The translations under genes were made by a program, and so were the position numbers. From a virus (taxonomy: Duplodnaviria > Heunggongvirae > Uroviricota > Caudoviricetes): DNA of 9,592 bases. Location: the IMG/VR virus record IMGVR_UViG_2657245439_000005, one strand, 5' to 3'. Positions 1 through 6,542 of the stretch are shown here, in pieces. The notes beneath the pieces are model-generated. The model was given only the letters and a program-made list of their open reading frames with translations. It did not search any database and was not told the DNA's origin. Positions within the stretch are counted from its first letter, which is position 1, and each line of letters begins with the position of its first letter.

Positions 1-133
1 ATTTTATTTGTATCAATGGTATGACATTTCTTGGCGATAATGTTTTGATCTTATCGATTCATGTCATATGGTCATTGGTAACGTCCGCTCTTGGTAAAGA
101 GTGGACGCTCAGATTAGGTTTGGCATCTAATCA

Positions 134-155
134 TAGATGTGTCAGCTCACATCTA
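134..155. repeat. Inverted repeat TAGATGTG-tcagct-CACATCTA (8-bp arms, 6-bp spacer) just 3' of the xis-like gene
   Basis: Read directly: 134-141 is the reverse complement of 148-155. No flanking T-tract on either strand, so more likely a protein-binding site than a terminator. Confidence 0.5.
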
Positions 156-167
156 AGCTAATACATA

Positions 168-362
168 TTAATCAATCACTCCCGCAAATCTGTAAATCTT
201 GTGTGATGCCCATTTATTTGGGCAGGATTTAATATCAGGATCTGGAAAGTCAGGCCTGTATTTCTGGCCAGTTCTCCTGTTTACGCTGTTCCAGCGAAGA
301 ACTGTCGATACTGAAACACCACAGAAATCGGCGACTTGTTTAGTTGTCATTAAGTTGTTCAT
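168..362 (-). CDS. AlpA-family / excisionase-like small DNA-binding protein (64 aa)
   Basis: ORF ending with TAA at 168-170. Translation has the AlpA/Xis-type HTH pattern (TKQVADFCGVSVSTVLRW ... DFPDP ... NKWASHKI). Start overlaps the stop of the upstream DUF551 gene (TAATG). Last gene of the leftward operon. Confidence 0.6.
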   Translation of the reverse strand: MNNLMTTKQVADFCGVSVSTVLRWNSVNRRTGQKYRPDFPDPDIKSCPNKWASHKIYRFAGVID

Positions 363-982
363 TACTTCACCTCCTGCGGCGGCTCCGGTAGCGGCATCCA
401 GTGGGTTACTTTCGATGCCGGTTCTTCCCCATTGTCAGTAACTGCCCACCATTTGTTTCTCGAACAATCGTAATACCCTTCGAAGGTATCGTACTCAGTC
501 CAGCCGTAAGACTTACCCCAACACCAAACATACTGTTTATCGTTCGGCATTCGCTCACTACAGCTTATCCAACCATCCGGAGTTACCGGAGAGTTGCCCG
601 ACAGCTCGTTCAACTTGTAAGTCTGGCTTACAGGTTCGGCACCATTAAGCATGGCGGCGCGGCAGGCGTTCCAGCCTTCATCAAAGCCGACTATGCCATT
701 ATTTAAAGACGGACGAGCATCTGGCACCACCGGCACTGGCTTGGCTATATATAGCGGCTGAACATACCAGCCCTTTGATAACCAACTGTCAGCAATGTTT
801 TTACTCCTCGTTATTGCCGGAATACCTAAGCCATTTTCTGAATGCAGCCATGCCACCGGCTCCTCTTCTAGCGATGCCAGAGCAATTTCATAAGCACGGC
901 GCTCAATATCGTCTCGAACCTCTAGGCTGCTGATTCGTTCTTTGATTTCTTTAATCAGTTCTTTATTGGTAAATGTGGTCAT
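362..982 (-). CDS. DUF551-family phage protein (206 aa)
   Basis: C-terminus carries the DUF551 signature (W-rich block ending VTHWMPLPEPP). TAATG overlap with the upstream gene at 980-984. Confidence 0.75.
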   Translation of the reverse strand: MTTFTNKELIKEIKERISSLEVRDDIERRAYEIALASLEEEPVAWLHSENGLGIPAITRSKNIADSWLSKGWYVQPLYIAKPVPVVPDARPSLNNGIVGFDEGWNACRAAMLNGAEPVSQTYKLNELSGNSPVTPDGWISCSERMPNDKQYVWCWGKSYGWTEYDTFEGYYDCSRNKWWAVTDNGEEPASKVTHWMPLPEPPQEVK

Positions 983-1344
983 TATGCTCCAGCCTCCGGC
1001 GCTTTTGGCATTACTGCCCAGTGAGTGATATTGAAGTTTTCAAGGTCCCCGACCTGAAATGTCCACTGCCATTCTCCGGTTTCTTTTTGTCCCCAGGTGT
1101 ACCAGAGAGAACGCCAGCCAATCAGCCAGCCTTCTCCGTTAGCATCAAATAACAGAACACTTTCATTTGCTGGTGGCAGTTCAGCTGACACTGGTATTAT
1201 TTTGTTTTCCAGTGCCGCACATTTAGCTTCAAGCGCGTCGAATTTACGTACCAGGTACTCAGCATTTGTTTCGTTCACTTTCAGATCTCGCGGTACACAT
1301 TTCCCGCGAAGAAACCCTTCCATTTCGAAAACATTCATGCGCAT
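982..1344 (-). CDS. Small DUF551-like phage protein (120 aa; YfdS-like by size and position)
   Basis: C-terminal ITHWAVMPKAP resembles the DUF551 C-terminus. An alternative start at 1338 would form an ATGA overlap with the upstream HD gene stop. Confidence 0.65.
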   Translation of the reverse strand: MRMNVFEMEGFLRGKCVPRDLKVNETNAEYLVRKFDALEAKCAALENKIIPVSAELPPANESVLLFDANGEGWLIGWRSLWYTWGQKETGEWQWTFQVGDLENFNITHWAVMPKAPEAGA

Positions 1345-1871
1345 TTGCGTAACTCCGATAACTCGTTAAAACGTTCCATAAACATCCCGTAGGCATGGCT
1401 AGGTGCCAGTGGAATCACGTTGAACATCTCTGTTGCCGGGATGCCTTCCAGTACAGGCCAGAAAGAGCCATCATCAAGCCCGAGATCGCGGCGTTCGGTT
1501 GCCAGCATGATAAGATCGGCATATTTCACGGGCGTACTCATAACTGGGGGTAACCCGTATTTCTCACGGATTACGGCGTCAATTTTTTCTTCCATCCGTT
1601 TATAGTCAGGAAGAAGGCGTTTCAGTGGAGCGGGAATATCCTGGCAATACGCTTCTGTTGCATCATGCATTAACGCTTCAAAAGCAAATTCCTGCGGCAC
1701 CAGCTGGCTGCAAAGCACCGCATGTTGGGCGACACTGTAGAAGTGAGAAAGATGACCGGCAAAGCGGCAGATATTTGAAAGGGAAACCGCGATATCGTTA
1801 ATCACGATGTTGTCTTTATTTATCTTGTCATAATAAAAATGCTTCCCGGAAAAAGTTTTAATAAATGACAT
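1335..1871 (-). CDS. yfdR: HD-domain phosphohydrolase (178 aa; YfdR-like 5'-deoxynucleotidase family)
   Basis: HD motif (LMHDATEAY) and an upstream His pair (HLSHFYSVAQH). Chosen start is the ATG at 1871-1869 with a GGAG 7 nt upstream; the longer ORF to 1898 starts with GTG and has no RBS. Size and position match my recollection of CPS-53 YfdR (178 aa). Confidence 0.8.
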   Translation of the reverse strand: MSFIKTFSGKHFYYDKINKDNIVINDIAVSLSNICRFAGHLSHFYSVAQHAVLCSQLVPQEFAFEALMHDATEAYCQDIPAPLKRLLPDYKRMEEKIDAVIREKYGLPPVMSTPVKYADLIMLATERRDLGLDDGSFWPVLEGIPATEMFNVIPLAPSHAYGMFMERFNELSELRKCA

Positions 1872-1964
1872 TTTGTTCTCCACGTATATGCGCTGCACCG
1901 CGCTGAGTTTGGGTAAAAGGAAGCCCTCACCATCCGGTGATTATTGAGTTAATTACGTTTCCAT

Positions 1965-1986
1965 AAATGCCCCCGCAGGGGCATTT
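1965..1986 (-). terminator. Perfect hairpin AAATGCCCC-cgca-GGGGCATTT between the 274-aa gene stop and the HD gene start; possible attenuator
   Basis: 9-bp stem, 4-nt loop, read directly. Only a short T/A flank on either strand, so terminator strength is uncertain. Confidence 0.35.
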
Positions 1987-1998
1987 GCAGTAATGATA

Positions 1999-2823
1999 TC
2001 AGGCGGTGAAAGTACCAATAAAGGTTTCTACTTTGCTGTCTTTGAATTTCTCAACAAGCAGATCACGAAATTCGTTAGCCATATCTTCCTGCACCGCTTC
2101 CAGCTGAATAATGCGCAGAACCAGTACAGGACGATCGCCAGTGATAATGCTGAGGCGTAATTTAAACGGACGTTCTTTCAGACCTTCAAACGGAACGCAT
2201 TTAAATTCAAATGCCACTGGCATAATGTCTTTGGTCTTCGCTTCGACAGACTCCATCAGGGAGCGTTTGCCGCTGAAGTCATTATCTTCAAAATCAGCGG
2301 TCTGGTTTGCTTCAATCGTGATTTTACGGACAGCCGCAGCCGCTTTTGTTGCCTGGATAGCGTCACCATTAGCATCAAAACCCACAAGGTAGTCGGCCCA
2401 GTCTTCAATCCATTCTGCCAGTGACTTCTGGGAGTTACGCTCGCTGTTAACAGACAACAGTGCAGAGAACGGTGCTGTCTTTTTCAGTTTGAGAGTGGCG
2501 GTGTTATCTGCGTGACCTGGTTCATCAATAGTACCCAGGTTAAGCACACTGACGGCACGCATATTATCAGCATCGATAAAGCAGCGGGTGCCTTCATCTG
2601 CAAGATCTTTAGAATAACGGGTAAAGTCATCGATGCTGGCAGTGGAAAGCGCACCACGGAAACGGAAGCGATTTAAATTAAATTTTTCCAGATCATGAAT
2701 GCGGAAATTCTCAGGCAATGCTACAGCATCGGCACCAATCTTACTGATAATTTCATTAACACCCTGAGCAGAAATAAGAGCATGGATTTGATTAATTGCG
2801 GTTGCGTCTAAGTTCTGAGACAT
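1999..2823 (-). CDS. yfdQ: YfdQ-like phage protein (274 aa; DUF2303 family as recalled)
   Basis: 274-aa ORF with GAGGA 6 nt upstream of the ATG at 2823. Length and position next to the HD gene match the CPS-53 yfdQ-yfdR arrangement as I recall it. No motif was independently confirmed. Confidence 0.7.
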   Translation of the reverse strand: MSQNLDATAINQIHALISAQGVNEIISKIGADAVALPENFRIHDLEKFNLNRFRFRGALSTASIDDFTRYSKDLADEGTRCFIDADNMRAVSVLNLGTIDEPGHADNTATLKLKKTAPFSALLSVNSERNSQKSLAEWIEDWADYLVGFDANGDAIQATKAAAAVRKITIEANQTADFEDNDFSGKRSLMESVEAKTKDIMPVAFEFKCVPFEGLKERPFKLRLSIITGDRPVLVLRIIQLEAVQEDMANEFRDLLVEKFKDSKVETFIGTFTA

Positions 2824-2888
2824 AATAAGTCCTCACTATATAAAGATATTCAGTGATGAGATAAATAATCAGTTAATTAAGAACGATA

Positions 2889-3251
2889 TTAATGACCTGC
2901 TGCGCGTAGTTTTTCGTCAGGTTCACCGGCAAGAGTCAGTAATTGTCCCTGGTCTTCCTGCAGAATAGTCAGGCGACCACCGCGATTGACATACATCGGC
3001 GTTTCGGTGGTGTCTTCTTCGGAAATTTTCCCGCGGTTAGTCGGGCGAACATATGAGAGTTTGTGTTTGATTTTCACACGGTTCTCATCAAATGGTTCGA
3101 TTTCCAGGTTGAGTGAGACCTTACCTTTGGTTTTCGTGTTCATCACACCGGAAGCGACTTCACTGAGAACTGCGCCGATTTTGGTTTCAAATACGCCGCC
3201 GTCCAGCTCCCCGATAAATGCCTGCACATCAGTACTGCGTTCGCTAGCCAT
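2889..3251 (-). CDS. First gene of the leftward operon, 120-aa phage protein (YfdP-like by size and position)
   Basis: Internal ATG at 3251-3249 is preceded by AGGAG (minus strand reads aggagcagcaaaATG). The longer 197-aa ORF to 3482 has no RBS and its extension looks non-coding. Confidence 0.7.
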   Translation of the reverse strand: MASERSTDVQAFIGELDGGVFETKIGAVLSEVASGVMNTKTKGKVSLNLEIEPFDENRVKIKHKLSYVRPTNRGKISEEDTTETPMYVNRGGRLTILQEDQGQLLTLAGEPDEKLRAAGH

Positions 3252-3386
3252 TTTGCTGCTCCTCATCATATCGACCCTGCAAGGTCGGTTGGTTTCTCCA
3301 CAAAACAGAGAAGAACACCTGCGGTGGCAGCCGCCCGGATGGATTGGGTTATGAGCCCGTCGTCCGGTGATGCTCTTCTCTGTTTT

Positions 3387-3434
3387 ATAAAAAGAGCGGT
3401 ACCAGCCGGAAGCAAGTGTACAAACTGGTACCGC
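3387..3434 (-). terminator. Terminator-like hairpin in the left-operon leader: 10-bp arms GCGGTACCAG / CTGGTACCGC with a 19-nt loop, followed on the minus strand by TCTTTTTAT
   Basis: Arms at 3396-3405 and 3425-3434 are exact reverse complements; the U-rich tract follows on the minus strand. The loop is large for a canonical intrinsic terminator. Confidence 0.3.
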
Positions 3435-3535
3435 CAAAGCAGTGGCTGTTGTGGTGGGGTTGTCACTCAGGCGTATGGTCAACCTGACAATCCGGTGTCC
3501 TCAACGGGGAAAGAGTAACCCAGCCATACTTACCG

Positions 3536-3572
3536 CCGCGCCATTTCGCGGATGACCACAACGCTGAGAGCA
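3536..3572 (-). promoter_or_regulatory. Candidate nut-like site on the leftward leader: boxA-like TGCTCTCA, then a boxB-like hairpin CCGCG-aaatgg-CGCGG about 13 nt downstream
   Basis: Minus strand reads gTGCTCTCAgcgttgtggtcatCCGCGaaatggCGCGG. This resembles the boxA/boxB layout of lambdoid nut sites but the match to consensus is weak. Confidence 0.2.
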
Positions 3573-3852
3573 CTTAGCCAGTTACGGCACCACACTTTGT
3601 CGCGGCTCCATAAATGCCCTCATCGTTGCACCCTGGTCTCTTCCCAGGCGTCAAACCGGATCGCCACGCTGGTTAGGCGTCTTATCAGCATCATCATTGA
3701 CTTGCACATTCCGGCTACCTGGTTTGTTTGCCCTAGCAAGGAGTGGATTGTTCCCTTTAACGTCCCCAGACCGCTAACGACGCATGTGCCATACGCCGTG
3801 TTACAACCAAATTTTGTTTGAATCTTGCCTGCCTCATGTTTCTTTTGGATAC

Positions 3853-3880
3853 ATTATGTATCTCATGGGTACATTGTCAA
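3853..3880 (-). promoter_or_regulatory. pL-like early-left promoter: -35 TTGACA (plus 3875-3880), 16-bp spacer, -10 CATAAT (plus 3853-3858)
   Basis: Minus strand reads ttttttatacTTGACAatgtacccatgagataCATAATgt. Perfect -35, 5/6 -10. Overlaps an operator-like palindrome. Confidence 0.5.
3856..3874. promoter_or_regulatory. OL-type operator ATGTATC-tcatg-GGTACAT (7-5-7), same architecture as the OR sites
   Basis: Sits between the -10 and -35 of the pL-like promoter. An adjacent palindrome GATACATtATGTATC lies at 3848-3862. Confidence 0.5.
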
Positions 3881-3907
3881 GTATAAAAAAACCTGCCGAA
3901 GCAGGTT
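3881..3907 (-). terminator. Rho-independent terminator immediately after the cI stop
   Basis: Minus strand: 7-bp stem AACCTGC/GCAGGTT with loop TTCG, followed by TTTTTTA. Lies 13 bp past the cI stop codon (3920-3922). Confidence 0.7.
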
Positions 3908-3919
3908 CATAAATATTGA

Positions 3920-4594
3920 TTAGGCCTTTATTGTGTATCTTCTTGGTTTTCCCGAGAAAATCACTGTACCAATTATAGAGCAATTACCGTTAATCTTAAT
4001 GTAAGGCTCAGGCCAGTTTGGGTTTAATGCTTTGAGATAACGCTGTGTTCCATCTTCTATCAATCGCTTGAAGGTGGTTTCGCCTGTATCGTGCATCAAT
4101 GCAATAACGTCGTCACCGTGGCAGGCAGGGACTTCGGGATCAACAAAAATCATGTCTCCAGGGCGGTACTCATCAATCATTGAATCACCAATCACCCGCA
4201 AGATATAAGTCATTTCGCCACAGGGTACAGGGCAGGGATACGTTTCTGCTGTGCTCAAATCAACCTCAGAATAGCCAACTTCTTTCCATGCTCCGGCCTG
4301 TACCCATGATATGACAGGGACTAACGTTATTTGTTTGTTAGTGATTGAAACATCAGGTTTTTTTGTGATGTTCGTTGTCTGGTGTTCTTGATCAAGCCAT
4401 CCGACAGGCAGGTCGAAACATTTTTCGATGTGCCGTGCCATGCTGTCACCGATATTTTTAGTAGCGCCATCCCCCATAAACCTGCTGGTTTGGGTTGGCT
4501 CGCGATCAATCATGGTGGCAAAGGATGAATTTCCGCCAACACCATCTCTCAGTTTTCTGGCGTTAGACCGCCGGATGTCATGGATTGTTTTCAT
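3920..4594 (-). CDS. cI: CI-type prophage repressor, HTH N-domain plus LexA-like S24 peptidase C-domain (224 aa)
   Basis: C-terminal half has the S24 autopeptidase signature (GDSM serine, downstream Lys in TFKRL) and a candidate Ala-Gly cleavage site (VQAGAW). Divergent from the cro-like gene; 224 aa as I recall for e14 CohE. Confidence 0.9.
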   Translation of the reverse strand: MKTIHDIRRSNARKLRDGVGGNSSFATMIDREPTQTSRFMGDGATKNIGDSMARHIEKCFDLPVGWLDQEHQTTNITKKPDVSITNKQITLVPVISWVQAGAWKEVGYSEVDLSTAETYPCPVPCGEMTYILRVIGDSMIDEYRPGDMIFVDPEVPACHGDDVIALMHDTGETTFKRLIEDGTQRYLKALNPNWPEPYIKINGNCSIIGTVIFSGKPRRYTIKA

Positions 4595-4600
4595 AACGAA

Positions 4601-4629
4601 ATTAAAACCTTTGTACCGATAAGGTACAA
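4601..4629 (-). promoter_or_regulatory. Candidate pRM for cI: -10 TTTAAT (plus 4601-4606) ending 6 nt before the cI ATG, with a weak -35 inside OR-a
   Basis: Minus strand reads cTTGTACcttatcggtacaaaggtTTTAATttcgttATG. This would give a near-leaderless cI mRNA, as for lambda pRM. Confidence 0.3.
4611..4629. promoter_or_regulatory. Operator OR-a, perfect palindrome TTGTACC-gataa-GGTACAA
   Basis: 19-bp perfect dyad (7-5-7) in the cI-cro intergenic region. Confidence 0.6.
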
Positions 4630-4634
4630 GTATC

Positions 4635-4662
4635 TTGAAGGTTCATTTCAATCATGTAATAT
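4635..4662 (+). promoter_or_regulatory. Candidate pR for cro: -35 TTGAAG (4635-4640), 16-bp spacer, -10 TAATAT (4657-4662)
   Basis: Hexamers read directly. The predicted start site falls inside OR-b. Confidence 0.45.
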
Positions 4663-4679
4663 GTATACCGGAGGTACAT
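4661..4679. promoter_or_regulatory. Operator OR-b, imperfect 7-5-7 dyad ATGTATA-ccgga-GGTACAT
   Basis: Shares the GGTACA(T/A) half-site with OR-a and OL. Overlaps the pR -10/start region and the cro RBS. Confidence 0.5.
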
Positions 4680-4684
4680 ATTGT

Positions 4685-4885
4685 ATGAAAGCGTATTGGG
4701 ACTCTTTAACCAAAGAACAGCAGGGCGAGTTGGCCGGAAAAGTTGGCTCAACACCTGGCTACTTACGGCTGGTTTTCAATGGTTATAAAAAAGCCAGTTT
4801 TGTGCTGGCGAAAAAACTTGAGCAATGCACGTCAGGTGCAATTACGAAATCTGACTTAAGACCGGATATCTATCCGAAAGATTAA
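4685..4885 (+). CDS. cro: Cro-like small HTH repressor (66 aa; Cro/YdaS-type)
   Basis: ATG at 4685 with GGAGG upstream. Divergent from cI across the operator region. The longer ORF from 4580 overlaps cI and is rejected. Confidence 0.8.
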   Translation: MKAYWDSLTKEQQGELAGKVGSTPGYLRLVFNGYKKASFVLAKKLEQCTSGAITKSDLRPDIYPKD

Positions 4886-4916
4886 CAGAACACCTTCAAT
4901 TTTTAACCACAGAACG

Positions 4917-5480
4917 ATGAGGCTAACCGTGGGTAAGTATCACTGGAAAGTAGAAAAACAGCCTGAGTGGTACGTGAAAGCTGTCAGAAAAACTATCGCA
5001 GCGTTGCCGGGTGGTTACGCTGAAGCAGCTGACTGGCTGGATGTAACAGAGAACGCATTATTTAACCGCCTTCGTGCCGATGGCGATCAGATTTTCCCGC
5101 TGGGATGGGCAATGGTTTTACAGCGCGCGGCTGGCACTCACTACATTGCGGATGCTGTCGCACAGTCTGCTGGTGGGGTGTTCGTATCGCTTCCTGAAAT
5201 TGAGGAAGTAGAGAACGCCGATATAAACCAGCGCCTGCTGGAAGTCATCGAACAGATCGGGAATTACTCAAAGCAGATTCGTTCGGCAATCGAAGATGGG
5301 GTCGTGGAGCCACACGAGCAGACAGCAATTAATGATGAGTTGTATCTGTCAATTTCGAAGCTCCAAGAGCATGCAGCACTGGTCTACAAAATCTTTTGCG
5401 CTCCAGAAAAGAGTGACGCCCGCGAGTGTGCAGCTCCGGGCGTCGTGGCGTTTTGTGTCTGTGGAGAAACTAACGCATGA
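4917..5480 (+). CDS. CII-like / YdaT-family phage regulator (187 aa), in the position of e14 ymfL
   Basis: Second gene after cro. N-terminal segment (PGGYAEAADWLDVTENALFNRLR) looks like a CII-type HTH. Family assignment is from memory. An alternative GTG start at 4929 has a better SD. Stop overlaps the next gene (ATGA at 5477-5480). Confidence 0.65.
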   Translation: MRLTVGKYHWKVEKQPEWYVKAVRKTIAALPGGYAEAADWLDVTENALFNRLRADGDQIFPLGWAMVLQRAAGTHYIADAVAQSAGGVFVSLPEIEEVENADINQRLLEVIEQIGNYSKQIRSAIEDGVVEPHEQTAINDELYLSISKLQEHAALVYKIFCAPEKSDARECAAPGVVAFCVCGETNA

Positions 5481-6313
5481 ACAGTTTAACGGCAAATAAC
5501 CGTTTGTCGCAACAGCTGGTGGTCAGTGTCGCTGAACACCTGTTGTTACGGCATGAATGCAGATTACCAAATCACCTGGCTGTAAGTAACCACAGAGAAC
5601 TTTACCTGACTGTGGGGGGCGAGTTGTGCGGGAACTTAACCGCTGGTTTCGTGACGGAAGAGGGCTTTATGTCCATGTTATTCGTTGGGAACCAGAAACA
5701 CAGCGCGTTATCTATCTTCGCAAAGACTACCCGCATGAGTGCTTTAGTCCTTTGTGGAAATTCAGGCGTGATTTTGTTGAGTGTGAAGGACCACCAGCAC
5801 ATTGATTCTGCCATTCCGGGACGTTACACTGTTCAGGCACCTTATAAAGCGGGTGACGGGATTGGCGTCCTGGAAATGTTATCGGCGATATATGACGCGC
5901 CAGCGTCTTTTTTATCGTCTGCGTCTGTGCACACCCAAATTATGGTGGGCTGGACGGGGGCACCGAAAGGTGCGCCGGTTTCCGATAACGCCGGTTACGC
6001 CAACCCCGTTCAGTTCACCACCAGCGAAATTGGCGTTTCCGGTGGTGAAGGTAATTCACTGTTATCGGAGGCTGCCATCATGGCTACTGTCCCAGCCCTC
6101 ACTCGTCTGAATGATGAAGACTTACATAAACTCAGTTATGTAACAACTGCACTACGTGCTCTGCGCAAGGTAACTCTTTCGGATCCGCAGGCGCATCAGG
6201 TTTTGGTAGAAACCCTTCTTAACTTGCAGGCTGAACGTATTCGTCTGGCGGATAAGGCTAATTTTCATATTCACCGTCTCCTGAATATCAGCGGAGGGCA
6301 TCGTCATGCTTAA
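5477..6313 (+). CDS. Hypothetical protein (278 aa), unassigned
   Basis: Long ORF coupled at both ends (ATGA at 5477; 8-nt overlap with the next gene). Weak GGAG 10 nt upstream. C-terminal half has a Gly/Ala/Pro-rich linker then a helical-looking tail. The N-terminal third is ambiguous because of a competing frame (see findings). Confidence 0.5.
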   Translation: MNSLTANNRLSQQLVVSVAEHLLLRHECRLPNHLAVSNHRELYLTVGGELCGNLTAGFVTEEGFMSMLFVGNQKHSALSIFAKTTRMSALVLCGNSGVILLSVKDHQHIDSAIPGRYTVQAPYKAGDGIGVLEMLSAIYDAPASFLSSASVHTQIMVGWTGAPKGAPVSDNAGYANPVQFTTSEIGVSGGEGNSLLSEAAIMATVPALTRLNDEDLHKLSYVTTALRALRKVTLSDPQAHQVLVETLLNLQAERIRLADKANFHIHRLLNISGGHRHA

Positions 6314-6542
6314 TCCGTTGATCCTCAATATTTGCCGTTTGCTTCAGCGTAAAAAAACATCAATTCCTACAGTTGGGCAGTGGTACACCACGCCTGCAGG
6401 GCATGTTCTACGTGTTAGCCTAGTTGACCGTGAATGTCAGAAGGTGATTTGTGAACCGCTGGGCCGTAATTACCGCATCAGTATGCCGCTTATAGCCTTT
6501 TGCTCCGGAAAAAACATGAAGCATCTCGGAGGTGCAGCATGA
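6306..6542 (+). CDS. Small hypothetical protein (78 aa)
   Basis: ATG at 6306 with GGAGGG 8 nt upstream. Stop overlaps the O-like start (ATGA at 6539-6542). No recognisable motif. Confidence 0.55.
   Translation: MLNPLILNICRLLQRKKTSIPTVGQWYTTPAGHVLRVSLVDRECQKVICEPLGRNYRISMPLIAFCSGKNMKHLGGAA

Noticed and set aside
1335-1898. 187-aa version of the HD-domain gene
   Set aside because: It starts with GTG and has no RBS. The ATG 27 nt downstream has a GGAG and gives 178 aa.
2889-3482. 197-aa version of the first left-operon gene
   Set aside because: The upstream 77 codons have no RBS and odd composition (Cys/His/Arg-rich), while the internal ATG at 3251 has a perfect AGGAG. The 120-aa form is preferred.
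3266-3821. ORFs in the left-operon leader (3266..3466 minus, 3324..3518 plus, 3552..3821 plus)
   Set aside because: None has a Shine-Dalgarno. The plus-strand ones are antisense to the leader. The region is better explained as regulatory RNA or leader.
4580-4885. 101-aa extended Cro ORF starting at 4580
   Set aside because: The extension overlaps the cI start and runs through the operator/promoter region. The ATG at 4685 has a GGAGG RBS and yields a typical 66-aa Cro.
5602-6110. ORFs 5602..5814 (minus) and 5802..6110 (plus, TTG start) inside the 278-aa ORF
   Set aside because: Translations are Arg/Trp/Cys/Pro-rich with no RBS, typical of off-frame reading of a real gene. The separate +2-frame ORF at 5626-5805 was kept as a finding.
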